From assembly GCA_009692005.1 (NCBI GenBank), contig SHZZ01000001.1, positions 198,171-262,170 of the forward strand: a DNA stretch of 64,000 bases, given 5' to 3'. Positions 29,832 through 39,291 of the stretch are shown here, piece by piece; positions within the stretch are counted from its first letter, which is position 1; every line of letters begins with the position of its first letter. A program made the position numbers and the translations under genes. Below the pieces are notes generated by a model, which was not told where the DNA came from, ran no database searches, and saw only the letters and a program-made list of their open reading frames with translations. Origin of the DNA: Gemmataceae bacterium (GTDB lineage Bacteria; Planctomycetota; Planctomycetia; Gemmatales; Gemmataceae).

Positions 29832-30704
29832 ATGTTGGAATATGACCGTTACAGCTTTTGGAAGGTTACCTTTTCCTTTTCGGGAACAGTTTTACCTGGC
29901 GTGTTGGGCCGAGTGGGATTGCTCATATTGTTCAGCTTGGCAATTTGCGCCACCAATGATTTTGTCTTAATTCCCTACAAAATACCGCTTCCCACTCTCG
30001 ACCAGTTCGGCCATACGGTCCTTGGCACCTCGGTGGGGTTGCTTATTGTCTTTCGCACCAATTCCTCGAGCAATCGCTACTGGGATGGGCGGTCGCATTG
30101 GGGCATGCTGGTGAACACTTCGCGAAATCTGATGCGCCTGGCCAATGTTTACGGAAAAAATAGCGCCGAGGTGGCGACTTTGATCACGGCCTATGTCTTG
30201 GCGGTCAAAGAAGTGTTGCGGGGCACCCGTAATTTTGGCTTCATCTCCAACTTGTTGACCGGCAGGATTTACACAAACATGACCAAGGCCAATAATCCCC
30301 CCGCCTATATTGCTCAGGCGATTAGCGAATGGATTCGTGGCAATGTCAAGGATGGGCAATTTGATTATTCCATTGCCGCCAGGATGGAAGAACTTCTGTC
30401 GCGGTTGCTGGACAGTCAGGGTGGCTGTGAAAAGATCTTGAAAACCCCGCTGCCCTTTGTTTACGCCTCGTTTATCAAGCAGTTGCTGGTGCTTTACCTG
30501 TTTTCCCTGCCCTTTGTATTGGTGCCCAAAATGGATTGGGCGGCGCCGCTGGTAATTGCCGCGCTAGGCTTTGGCCTGCTGGGAATTGAAGAAGCTGGGG
30601 TGGAAATCGAAAACCCATTCGGCCTTCAGGTGAACGACCTGCCCTTGGAAAAAATCTGTGAAATGCTCGCCAGGGATGTCAACAGCCTGATGGAATTAAA
30701 ATAG
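29832..30704 (+). CDS. bestrophin-family (UPF0187/YneE-like) anion channel
   Basis: 290 aa, 4 TM, with the FRTNSSSNRYWDGRSHWG segment typical of bacterial bestrophin homologs. Confidence 0.8.
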   Translation: MLEYDRYSFWKVTFSFSGTVLPGVLGRVGLLILFSLAICATNDFVLIPYKIPLPTLDQFGHTVLGTSVGLLIVFRTNSSSNRYWDGRSHWGMLVNTSRNLMRLANVYGKNSAEVATLITAYVLAVKEVLRGTRNFGFISNLLTGRIYTNMTKANNPPAYIAQAISEWIRGNVKDGQFDYSIAARMEELLSRLLDSQGGCEKILKTPLPFVYASFIKQLLVLYLFSLPFVLVPKMDWAAPLVIAALGFGLLGIEEAGVEIENPFGLQVNDLPLEKICEMLARDVNSLMELK

Positions 30705-30709
30705 CCAAA

Positions 30710-31273
30710 CTATTCCAAGTCCAAAGCTAACGCTTGCCGCATTTCCAAGGAAAGTGATTGCGAAGCAAGCGGGTTGCTGCCCCATCGCAAAATTACCTCT
30801 GCCTTGGCCTCTTCTCCCCCAAGCGCTTTTCCCTGTTCTGCAGTGAAGGCGAATTGCACCCAGAAGGAGGTTCCCACTGCCATATCTTCTGGCCGGGCCG
30901 TAACCAGGTCCCCTGGGAGGGAATGTTTCCCGATTTCAAATCGCAAATAGTTTCCTTGAAGTGGGCCAAGAGTCTTAACAAGACCTTGTTCCACTAATAA
31001 GGAAGCCTGGAGGATGTTTTGTGCCGGGATCAACCGGTTGAAGACTGCCAATTCCCTGTGAATTTTCCCAGGATCAGTGAGGCGGGCCACGCGCAATATT
31101 TCCTGCAAGCGGAAAATGAGGGTCTGGCGGTTTTCAAATATCAGAGTGAACTCCGTCCCCAATTTCACCCTGCGGAAACGCTCCAGGTATTTCTGTTGCT
31201 GTTCGAATAATTCCTTCCTTTGCAGGTTGAATTCTTCAAGGGGCAGGAGGTCATCCAGAGAAATGAGGCGCAT
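30710..31273 (-). CDS. DUF3501 family protein
   Basis: The N-terminal pattern L..EEF..QR..........R.V.LG...TLIFENR.T...Q.QE.LR matches my recollection of DUF3501. No search was run. Confidence 0.65.
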   Translation of the reverse strand: MRLISLDDLLPLEEFNLQRKELFEQQQKYLERFRRVKLGTEFTLIFENRQTLIFRLQEILRVARLTDPGKIHRELAVFNRLIPAQNILQASLLVEQGLVKTLGPLQGNYLRFEIGKHSLPGDLVTARPEDMAVGTSFWVQFAFTAEQGKALGGEEAKAEVILRWGSNPLASQSLSLEMRQALALDLE

Positions 31274-31303
31274 CTTTCCAATACCGACAGGGGTTTCGAA
31301 GGG

Positions 31304-32734
31304 TCAATTCGCCTTGGGCAAGGACAAATCCTTGGTATCGGGGAAAATGGGTTTGCCTGCTTCAATGGCCAGCCAGATAGCGGCGCCCATCACATAAACC
31401 ACTCCAAACATGATCAGGTTGGTTTGATAGCCTGGCAATTGAGCGTTGGCCAAAGCTTCGGGGCTGGGGTCGGGGCCCAGATTTTGTGCCGCGAGGTACC
31501 ATTCCAGGATCTTCCCTGTAAGGATGGTAACGATAAAGCCTCCGAGGTTGCCAATCATGTTCATGGTTCCGGAAACAATGGCAGCGTATTTTTGCCCGAT
31601 ATCCTGGCATGTGGCCCATATAGCCCCCATGGTTAAATCATTGCAAAACCCTGCCAAGGCAATAAACCCGGCAAAGGCCAGGGCATTCCGGTTACTCAGC
31701 GAGTAATAGGCGCCAAAGTAACAGAGGGCGCAGGCTGCATTCCCAGCAACCGCGGGCAGTCTTCGGGAACGGGTTTTTGAGTTCCCTTTCCGCAACAAAC
31801 TGTCGGTCCAAAGCCCACCAATGAAGCACCCCAATGCGCCAAAAAGCATTGGCCCCCCCTTGTAAAGGGCTCCCTTCCAATCTTGAGGGGAGATTTGGAA
31901 TTGTTCCTTCATGATGGCTGGCAAGTAGTTCAAATTGAAATACCAGCCAAAATTCAAACAAAAATACATCAAGCACATGAGGATGACATTTTTGTTGGTT
32001 AAAAGGGCGCGCCACGGGACATTCGCATGAGCCGTCCCTGATTCATCGCCCTTCCCTTCCTCAATCACCGCGGTTTCACCTGCATTGACACCGGGGTGTT
32101 CCGCCGGCTTGTTGCGGAAAATAAGTGTGAAAGCTACACACCACAGGACCCCGAGAATTCCAAAGGAGAAAAACACCACCCGCCAGGAGATTTCCAAGTA
32201 CACTACAAAAAACATCCACAATAAAGGAGTTAGCCCGCCCATGAGCCGGGCGGAAGTCCAGATCAATCCCTGGGCCATTCCTCTTTCCTTTAATGGCAAC
32301 CAGTTGTGCAAGGCCCTGGTGATATTGGGATAGGCGCCCGCCTCCCCCATGCCAAATAGAAACCGCACCGCCACCAGCATCATGAAGGACATGGAGAATG
32401 TGGACCCGAATGAATACCCTGCCAGCCCGGTGAGGGCTGTGAAACCGGACCACCATAGCACAATTCGGATGAGGGTTTTTTTGGGGCCAAAGACATCGCC
32501 CAGGTAGCCGGTGGGCACTTCAAATAGTGCATAGGCCAAATTGAAGGCTCCAAGGGCCCAGGCCATTTCACTTATGTTTTTGAAACCATAACTCTTTTGA
32601 ATTTCCGATTGAGCATTGGGAAACGCGGCCCGGTCCAGGTAGGTCAGCATCGAAAGGACACAGAGCATGCCTAAAATGGAATAACGGACATGGGTGGCGT
32701 GTTGCCCACTTTGCGGAATGGCGGGGTTTGACAT
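31304..32734 (-). CDS. MFS transporter (anion:cation symporter / hexuronate-galactonate-like)
   Basis: 476 aa and 12 predicted TM. It has a GYLGDVFGPKKTL-type loop 2-3 motif. Confidence 0.88.
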   Translation of the reverse strand: MSNPAIPQSGQHATHVRYSILGMLCVLSMLTYLDRAAFPNAQSEIQKSYGFKNISEMAWALGAFNLAYALFEVPTGYLGDVFGPKKTLIRIVLWWSGFTALTGLAGYSFGSTFSMSFMMLVAVRFLFGMGEAGAYPNITRALHNWLPLKERGMAQGLIWTSARLMGGLTPLLWMFFVVYLEISWRVVFFSFGILGVLWCVAFTLIFRNKPAEHPGVNAGETAVIEEGKGDESGTAHANVPWRALLTNKNVILMCLMYFCLNFGWYFNLNYLPAIMKEQFQISPQDWKGALYKGGPMLFGALGCFIGGLWTDSLLRKGNSKTRSRRLPAVAGNAACALCYFGAYYSLSNRNALAFAGFIALAGFCNDLTMGAIWATCQDIGQKYAAIVSGTMNMIGNLGGFIVTILTGKILEWYLAAQNLGPDPSPEALANAQLPGYQTNLIMFGVVYVMGAAIWLAIEAGKPIFPDTKDLSLPKAN

Positions 32735-32812
32735 GAAAACTTTCTCAAGGCGTGGAAGGAAGGATGGGGTATTCTTCAGGATCTGGCGAGAGAAAGCAAT
32801 AGGTGGGAAAAG

Positions 32813-33244
32813 TTAAGGAGAGGTTCGCGGCGGTTTCCTGGGGTCGAGGCGGAGACCACCTTCACCTCCAGTAATGCCAATCAATAAATCTTCCTGACTA
32901 TTGGGGAGGGGGATTTGTAAAAGAGTTCTGGCGGGATTCCTGCCATCGTTAATCACCAAAGTTTTCGTCCCTGGGACTTGAATTTGCGGGGTGCTCTCGC
33001 CTGGTTGGATGAGAAGTGGGCGGTCCCTCAAGGCCCGGCCATTAAAAATGCTTCGGACCTGGATGATAAGCGGCGCCTTTGTTTCATTTTTGAATACCAG
33101 ACTTGGAGGCGTCCCGGGCAACTGCCCGATTTGAGCACAAGTAAAACAAAGATGAACAAGAAGTTCCAAAGGCTTCAATCCTGAAAAAGGGCTGCGTTCA
33201 ATAATAACGCATAAAAAAGGGAAACTTGCGAACAAGTTTCCCAA
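32813..33244 (-). CDS. hypothetical protein (possibly small secreted; start uncertain)
   Basis: The ORF lies directly downstream of the DUF1501 gene on the same strand. I recognise no family. Confidence 0.4.
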   Translation of the reverse strand: MGNLFASFPFLCVIIERSPFSGLKPLELLVHLCFTCAQIGQLPGTPPSLVFKNETKAPLIIQVRSIFNGRALRDRPLLIQPGESTPQIQVPGTKTLVINDGRNPARTLLQIPLPNSQEDLLIGITGGEGGLRLDPRKPPRTSP

Positions 33245-33291
33245 GGAAATCTGATTAGTGGGAAAGCCAGAAAATCATGGATGGCACGGCC

Positions 33292-34644
33292 TTACACCAA
33301 CTCCTTGAGGGGTGGTTCGGCGGCCAAATGCTCCGGCCTGCCGGTTGGGTCCAGCAAAGTGTGATGCATGGGGTTTAATCCAATATTGGAGTAAAGCGTG
33401 GCGAAAACCTCGCCATAAGTGACTGGCCTATCCTTGGCAAATTCACCCAGGCGGTTGGTGGACCCGACCACCTGTCCGGTTTTCATGCCGCCGCCAAACA
33501 TCATGGCGCAACTAACCTGCGGCCAATGGTCGCGGCCAGCATCCTTGTTAATGCGGGGTGTGCGGCCAAATTCGCCCCAGGCAATCACCGTGACATCATC
33601 CAAGAGGCCGCGGATTTGCAAATCATCCATCAAGGCGCTAAGGCCTTGATCCAGTTTTTTGCCATGATCGCGGACTAGGTCAAAATTCTTGCCATGGCTG
33701 TCCCAGCGACCGTAAGAAAGGGTGACCACTCTGGCCCCAGCTTCCACCAACCGCCGTGCCATTAAAAGTTGATCGTTGACCGTTGGCGCGCCATCGTATT
33801 GGAACTGATAGGGTTTGCCATCACCATAACGATCACGGACTTTGGAGCTTTCTTTGGAAAGGTCCAAGGCGTCAAGCAGTTTGCTGGAAGTTAGGACATC
33901 AAGAGCTTTTTCCTGGGCGGAATCGATCCCGGAGAGGTTGCCACCATGGTCCAGGCCGCGTTTAAGCAAATCAAAACTCTTGAGGAGGGTTTTGCGGTCG
34001 CCAAAATTTCCCGCGTTGGCGGTACCCAAAATCAGGTCTTTCATGCCCTGGCCATTGGGCTGAAAACATTTGTGGGAAGCTCCCAGGAACCCGGGCGTAC
34101 CTGAGTCGGACCAAGGCGTATGCTGAGTTTTCGCGGCCAAGCCAACAAAGGAGGGAACCGAGGGATCCACAGGCCCTTGCAGCTTGGAAGCCGTTGCGCC
34201 AATACTTGGCCTTCCACCCAAATTAGCCATGGAACTTTTGGGCCACCCCGACATGCATTGGATGGCATCATGTCCGCCACTGGACCCGACCAAGGATCGG
34301 ATAATGGCGCAGTTGTGCATGCGGGCGGCCAATTGCGGAAACACTTCGCAAATTTGAATGCCTGGAACTGAGGTGGCAATCGGTTTGAACTCTCCGCGGA
34401 TTTCCGCGGGGGCGTCCATTTTCAAATCCCACATGTCTTGGTGAGGGGGCCCGCCGCCCAGGAAAACATTAATGATGGCCTTATGGCCCAATCCCCCCTG
34501 GGAGTTTCCTTTGGTGGCGCTGGCTCGCAAAATCTGAGGCAAGGTAAGCGTATGCCCTGCAAAAGCAAAAGCCCCAATCCGGAGAAAATCCCGGCGGCGG
34601 AGTCCATCGCAATACCTGGTCGTTTTTCCCGGAATCGTCAGCAT
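33292..34644 (-). CDS. DUF1501 domain protein (sulfatase-like fold, Tat-type signal)
   Basis: RRDFLRIG twin-arginine N-terminus, GGGPPHQDMWDLK, and the late GRDHWP motif typical of DUF1501. Confidence 0.88.
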   Translation of the reverse strand: MLTIPGKTTRYCDGLRRRDFLRIGAFAFAGHTLTLPQILRASATKGNSQGGLGHKAIINVFLGGGPPHQDMWDLKMDAPAEIRGEFKPIATSVPGIQICEVFPQLAARMHNCAIIRSLVGSSGGHDAIQCMSGWPKSSMANLGGRPSIGATASKLQGPVDPSVPSFVGLAAKTQHTPWSDSGTPGFLGASHKCFQPNGQGMKDLILGTANAGNFGDRKTLLKSFDLLKRGLDHGGNLSGIDSAQEKALDVLTSSKLLDALDLSKESSKVRDRYGDGKPYQFQYDGAPTVNDQLLMARRLVEAGARVVTLSYGRWDSHGKNFDLVRDHGKKLDQGLSALMDDLQIRGLLDDVTVIAWGEFGRTPRINKDAGRDHWPQVSCAMMFGGGMKTGQVVGSTNRLGEFAKDRPVTYGEVFATLYSNIGLNPMHHTLLDPTGRPEHLAAEPPLKELV

Positions 34645-34850
34645 GGCTGCATCTCCGAATTCATCCTAAGGTGGGGGGAACAACTTATTCCCATATTGGC
34701 AGGCAATAAAGCCTAACCTTCAGTTAATATCATGTCAAGGACTTAGTTCCTTTAATTAAAAAGAGAAGAAAGTCGTTTGGAGGAAATTTTCTGAAAGGAT
34801 TGGCCGGTTCCAGGGTTTTTTGCGGCCCTTTCTGATGGAAATGTAAAACG

Positions 34851-35618
34851 ATGTTAAAAGCCAGGATTATTCCCTGTTTGGATGTTCACGAGGGCCGGGT
34901 GGTTAAAGGGGTTAATTTCCTCAACCTGAAGGACGCCGGCGACCCTGTGAAAATCGCCCGCCGTTATGAGGAACAAGGGGCCGATGAACTGATTTTTCTC
35001 GATATTTCGGCCAGCCAGCAAGGCCGGGCGATCATGATTGAAATAGTCAGCAAGGTTTCTGAGCAAATCTTCATGCCTTTCACCGTGGGGGGAGGTATTT
35101 CCAGCCTTGAGGATGCCACCAGGTTGATTCAAGCCGGGGCGGAAAAAGTCAGTATCAATTCGTCGGCGGTAAAAAACCCAGACCTGGTGAATCAGATTTC
35201 AGAGCGCTTTGGTAAATGCGCTACGGTCGTGAATATTGATCCTAAACGGGTAAAAAATCGCCATGGCGTTGTCTGGGAAGTTCACATCAATGGGGGGCGG
35301 GTTCCCACTGGCAAAGAGGCCGTGGCTTGGGCTTGTGAGGTGGAATCGCGAGGGGCGGGGGAAATTGTGTTAACTTCCATGGATGCGGATGGGACAAAAA
35401 ATGGTTACGATGTGGAGATGACGCGTGCGGTGGCGGAAAGGGTCGGGGTGCCGGTGGTGGCCAGTGGCGGGGCTGGCTGCCCGGAACATCTCTATGAAAT
35501 ATTAACCGTGGGGAAGGCCAGCGCAGCCCTTGCTGCCAGCATTTTTCATTATGATGAATTTGGGATTCAAACCACAAAGAAATATCTCGCCGCAAAAGGT
35601 GTTCCCATCCGTCTTTAA
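34851..35618 (+). CDS. hisF: imidazole glycerol phosphate synthase cyclase subunit
   Basis: [12 protein letters not shown]...VVKGVNF...DELIFLDI...TVGGGI...SGGAG, the canonical HisF barrel. Confidence 0.96.
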   Translation: MLKARIIPCLDVHEGRVVKGVNFLNLKDAGDPVKIARRYEEQGADELIFLDISASQQGRAIMIEIVSKVSEQIFMPFTVGGGISSLEDATRLIQAGAEKVSINSSAVKNPDLVNQISERFGKCATVVNIDPKRVKNRHGVVWEVHINGGRVPTGKEAVAWACEVESRGAGEIVLTSMDADGTKNGYDVEMTRAVAERVGVPVVASGGAGCPEHLYEILTVGKASAALAASIFHYDEFGIQTTKKYLAAKGVPIRL

Positions 35619-35644
35619 GTTGAAGTTGCAACCAAGGAGTTGAA

Positions 35645-36802
35645 ATGGCTTCTGCAGATATCGCGCAAATGAATAAGGATGGCGAACGGCCGAATGGCGG
35701 TGGAGATCCCGGCAAAGAACCGCAAGTCAATAAGCTATTTCGCCTGGCCATGAAGCAAGAAGCTTCGGATATCCATTTAAAGGTGGGGCAACCCCCGATG
35801 CTGAGACTTCGTGGCGATATCAAGCGGATGGACATGCGGGCTCTTACTCAAAACGACATGGAGCAATTACTTCTCCCCCTGTTGGATGTCAGAAAGAAAA
35901 AAATCCTGGATGATGAAGGCGGGGTCGATTATTCCTATGTGATTGGCCAGGATGAATCCCGTTTTCGCGTCAGCTTATTCAAGCAACGGGGCAGGCTATC
36001 GCTGGTCGCCCGGCGAGTGAATAATTTTATTCCCAAGTTTAAGGACTTGGGCCTTCCCGATGGCATGGAAAACCTTTGCAAATACCCTGAAGGGTTGGTG
36101 ATTCTTGCCGGGGTGACAGGCAGCGGCAAAAGCACAACCATTGCTGCCATGCTCGATTACATCGCCGAAAACGAACCTCTTCACATCTTGACAGTTGAAG
36201 ATCCGATTGAATTCACCTTCACGGATAAAGTTGCCTATTTCAATCAACGAGAAATAGGCCTCGACTGCCGCGATTGGTCCAAAGCCTTGAAAGATGCCGT
36301 CCGCCAGGATCCGGATGTCATCCTGATTGGTGAGTTGCGCGATGTGGAAACATTCGAAGCCGCTATTCACGCGGCGGAAACCGGCCACTTGGTTTTTGGC
36401 ACGATTCATGCCGCATCATCTGGTACGACCATTAACCGTATTCTCGATTTGTTCCCGGCGGAGAAGCACCCGGCTATTCGCCAGGCTATGGCCAATAATC
36501 TTAAAGCGGTGATCGCGCAAAAATTGGTTAAAGGGCTCAGAAAACCCCGAACCCCCACCAACGAAATCATGGTGGTTAATCCCACTATCCGAAAGTTGAT
36601 TAGTGAATGTGAAGACAACAAAATACCCGACGCAATCCGGATTGGATACCAGGAGGGCATGGTCGATTTTACCGAAAATCTCAGGCAGTTGGTGGAGCGC
36701 GGGGATGTTGACAAAGCCACGGCGTTGGAGTTTGCCCCTAATCCCGAAGCGTTGAAAATGGCCCTCAAGGGAATCAAAGTCTCCACCCCTGGAATTTTGT
36801 AA
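35645..36802 (+). CDS. pilT: type IV pilus twitching-motility (retraction) ATPase PilT family
   Basis: Walker A GVTGSGKST, Asp box, His box TGHLVFGTIHA, and no C-terminal Cys4 cluster. There is an N-terminal extension of about 30 aa. Confidence 0.9.
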   Translation: MASADIAQMNKDGERPNGGGDPGKEPQVNKLFRLAMKQEASDIHLKVGQPPMLRLRGDIKRMDMRALTQNDMEQLLLPLLDVRKKKILDDEGGVDYSYVIGQDESRFRVSLFKQRGRLSLVARRVNNFIPKFKDLGLPDGMENLCKYPEGLVILAGVTGSGKSTTIAAMLDYIAENEPLHILTVEDPIEFTFTDKVAYFNQREIGLDCRDWSKALKDAVRQDPDVILIGELRDVETFEAAIHAAETGHLVFGTIHAASSGTTINRILDLFPAEKHPAIRQAMANNLKAVIAQKLVKGLRKPRTPTNEIMVVNPTIRKLISECEDNKIPDAIRIGYQEGMVDFTENLRQLVERGDVDKATALEFAPNPEALKMALKGIKVSTPGIL

Positions 36803-36882
36803 CCTATTTCCCTTGGAATCGGGTTTAATATTTCCATCGCCCGTGGTTTTCAGATGAAACGGCCCGATACGAGGGAAGTTGC

Positions 36883-38625
36883 ATGAGCGCATGGCTAATG
36901 GACAGCATGGTTTTTGCCCAGGCATCCTTTCCCCGCGGGGAGGGATTTCATTTCAGCCTTTTTTCCATGGGGTTTTTCCTGGCAGCTTTTTTTCTTTGGA
37001 TGCGCTTCTCCTGGTGGGTTGATCAAGATAGCCGGGATTTCGACCTGCCAACATCATTTTGGAATTTGGTGATTTGTTTGCCAGGGTTGCTGGGCGTGGT
37101 GTTGTTTTTAATTACCCCCAAGGCTTTCCTCGGCTTGCCTTTGTTATTGCTTTGCGCCTTTATTCCTCCTTTTGTTTATGTGAATAATAGGAATTTAAAG
37201 GTTCCAGATAAAGACAAGGTTTTTACCCAAGAACACTTCAAGGTGCTTGCCACTAAATACCTCAAGATGCAATTTGAGGGCGTCAAAGCGGAATCGGACA
37301 AGCACCTGCCCATTCGATTCATCGGAAAGAGTTCGGATGGGAAAAAGGATGATACCCAAAAAAGGCTGGCCCGGGCCCAGGAGTCGGAATATTACCAGGC
37401 AGGCTTGGAAATGATTTACGATGCCTATACCAGCCGGGCCACGGATGTCCACTTGGAACCTACCAAGGGAGAGATGATGGTTCGCTTCCGAATTGACGGC
37501 ATCATGAATGCCATGGACCCAATCCCCCGCAAATTGGGCGATGCCGTTATTAATATCATCAAAGTCCTGGCCGATTTGGATATCACGGAAAAACGCAAGC
37601 CGCAGGATGGGAGTTTCTCCGCCGAAGTGGCTTCGGAAGAGGAAATGGGCGATTCCGATAGCGAGGAAAATGGCACGAAAAAAAGGCGAAAGGTCAGTGT
37701 TTTGGATTTCCGCGTGGCCACTGCTGGCAGTGTCACGGGTGAAAAAATGGTTATCCGTATCCTGGATAGCTCCAAGGCCATGGCCAGTTTGAAAAAACTG
37801 GGAATGCGCGACAAACAAAAAGAGATAATCCTGCAAATTGTTAATCAACCCCATGGCATGTTCATCGTCTGCGGCCCAACCGGGGCGGGAAAAAGCACCA
37901 CCTTGTATGCTTGTTTGTTGGAAATCGACCGTTTCCAGAAAAATGTCATCACCCTGGAAAACCCAGTTGAATATCGCATGGACAACTGCACCCAAATCGA
38001 AATTAACCCCAAGGCGGGCAAAACCTTTGCTTCCGAACTGCGGAGCATCCTCCGCCAGGACCCAGATGTTATCTATGTGGGCGAAATCCGCGACAAGGAG
38101 ACGGCAGAAATTTCCTGCCAGGCGGCTCAAACCGGTCACATGGTGTTCACCACCCTTCACGCCAATGATTCCGTTACCGCCCTTGGGCGATTGATAGATT
38201 TGGGCGTTGCTCCCTTCATGATTGGCAATGCCGTCAGCGGTATTTTGGCTCAAAGGCTTGTACGGTTGCTGTGCCCAAAATGTAAAATTAAATACAAACC
38301 CAATCCCGAAGTATTGAAAAAGATGAATCTCTCGCCAGAAAAATATGAGTTCCTGTATAAAGCCCGAAATGAAACGGAATCCCCCGGGAAAACAGGCGAA
38401 ATGTGTACTACCTGCTCCGGGACAGGCTATAGGGGCCGTACCGGGGTTTTTGAGATTTTAGTCCTCACCGAAGGTCTTAAAGCCATGATTCGCGAAAGCC
38501 CTAATCTTCCAATCATTCGACAAGAAGCGGTAAAAGGCGGCATGAAATACTTGCAAGAGGATGGTTTGCGCCAGGTCGTGACCGGGAACACTTCCATCCA
38601 GGAAATCATGCGGGTATGCAAGTGA
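36883..38625 (+). CDS. GspE/PilB-family secretion ATPase with its own N-terminal 3-TM membrane anchor
   Basis: Walker A GPTGAGKSTT, His box TGHMVFTTLHAND and a Cys4 cluster CPKC...CTTCSGTGYRGR. The first ~100 aa hold three hydrophobic helices in place of a GspE N1 domain. Confidence 0.88.
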   Translation: MSAWLMDSMVFAQASFPRGEGFHFSLFSMGFFLAAFFLWMRFSWWVDQDSRDFDLPTSFWNLVICLPGLLGVVLFLITPKAFLGLPLLLLCAFIPPFVYVNNRNLKVPDKDKVFTQEHFKVLATKYLKMQFEGVKAESDKHLPIRFIGKSSDGKKDDTQKRLARAQESEYYQAGLEMIYDAYTSRATDVHLEPTKGEMMVRFRIDGIMNAMDPIPRKLGDAVINIIKVLADLDITEKRKPQDGSFSAEVASEEEMGDSDSEENGTKKRRKVSVLDFRVATAGSVTGEKMVIRILDSSKAMASLKKLGMRDKQKEIILQIVNQPHGMFIVCGPTGAGKSTTLYACLLEIDRFQKNVITLENPVEYRMDNCTQIEINPKAGKTFASELRSILRQDPDVIYVGEIRDKETAEISCQAAQTGHMVFTTLHANDSVTALGRLIDLGVAPFMIGNAVSGILAQRLVRLLCPKCKIKYKPNPEVLKKMNLSPEKYEFLYKARNETESPGKTGEMCTTCSGTGYRGRTGVFEILVLTEGLKAMIRESPNLPIIRQEAVKGGMKYLQEDGLRQVVTGNTSIQEIMRVCK

Positions 38626-38655
38626 GTTTTTGGAAAGGAAAATGAAAGAAAAACC

Positions 38656-39291
38656 ATGTTCATCTTCTCCACGATCGTGATTATGCTGGCCGTGGGATAC
38701 GCTTTTTGGCGGGAAGGTTTGATTACCGCAATTGGCAATTTTGTTTTATTGATGATTTCTTTTGCCATGGTTGGCTGTTTTATGGACCCGGTGGCGAGTT
38801 TTTTGGGGGGGTATTTTAACGGCCACTTGGTGTCGGGTTTTGAAGACGCTACCGCAATGGCTGGAATTTTCGCCCTTTCTTATACCCTTTTGCGCTTGGC
38901 TGCCAATCAGATCTCACCCACGATGTTAGATTTGCCCCTCCTGGCTCATCAGGCAGGGGCCTTGGCTTTGGGCTTTTTAGTCGGCTTTTTAGTTTCCGGA
39001 TTTTTGTGGTGCTTGATGCAAACTCTCCCCTGGACCACGAATTTCTGGGGATTCCGTCCGCGAAGTGAAACCGGCCCTATTTCGGGCTTTGCCGCTTTCA
39101 GGCCTGACCGGGTTTGGCTGGCCACCATGGCTTTTCTTTCCAAGGGGAGTCTTTCCAATGGGAACCCCTTCGATCCTTCCGGATCGTTTGAAATCCGTTA
39201 TGAACGCTACCGGAGGTTTGAAAAAGAGGGTGGTTCTCCCAAGGTGTTTGAAGAAGGGGATCTTGATTTCAACCAGTCGAACAAACCCTGA
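38656..39291 (+). CDS. CvpA-like integral membrane protein (tentative)
   Basis: 211 aa and 4 TM. The N-terminus MFIFSTIVIMLAVGYAFWREGLITAIGNFV resembles the colicin V production (CvpA) family. This is based on recollection only. Confidence 0.5.
   Translation: MFIFSTIVIMLAVGYAFWREGLITAIGNFVLLMISFAMVGCFMDPVASFLGGYFNGHLVSGFEDATAMAGIFALSYTLLRLAANQISPTMLDLPLLAHQAGALALGFLVGFLVSGFLWCLMQTLPWTTNFWGFRPRSETGPISGFAAFRPDRVWLATMAFLSKGSLSNGNPFDPSGSFEIRYERYRRFEKEGGSPKVFEEGDLDFNQSNKP

Noticed and set aside
37195-38253. A 352-aa antisense ORF inside the GspE-like ATPase gene.
   Set aside because: The explanation is the same. It is the codon-aligned antisense frame of a well-supported gene, and it has no recognisable domain or ribosome-binding site.
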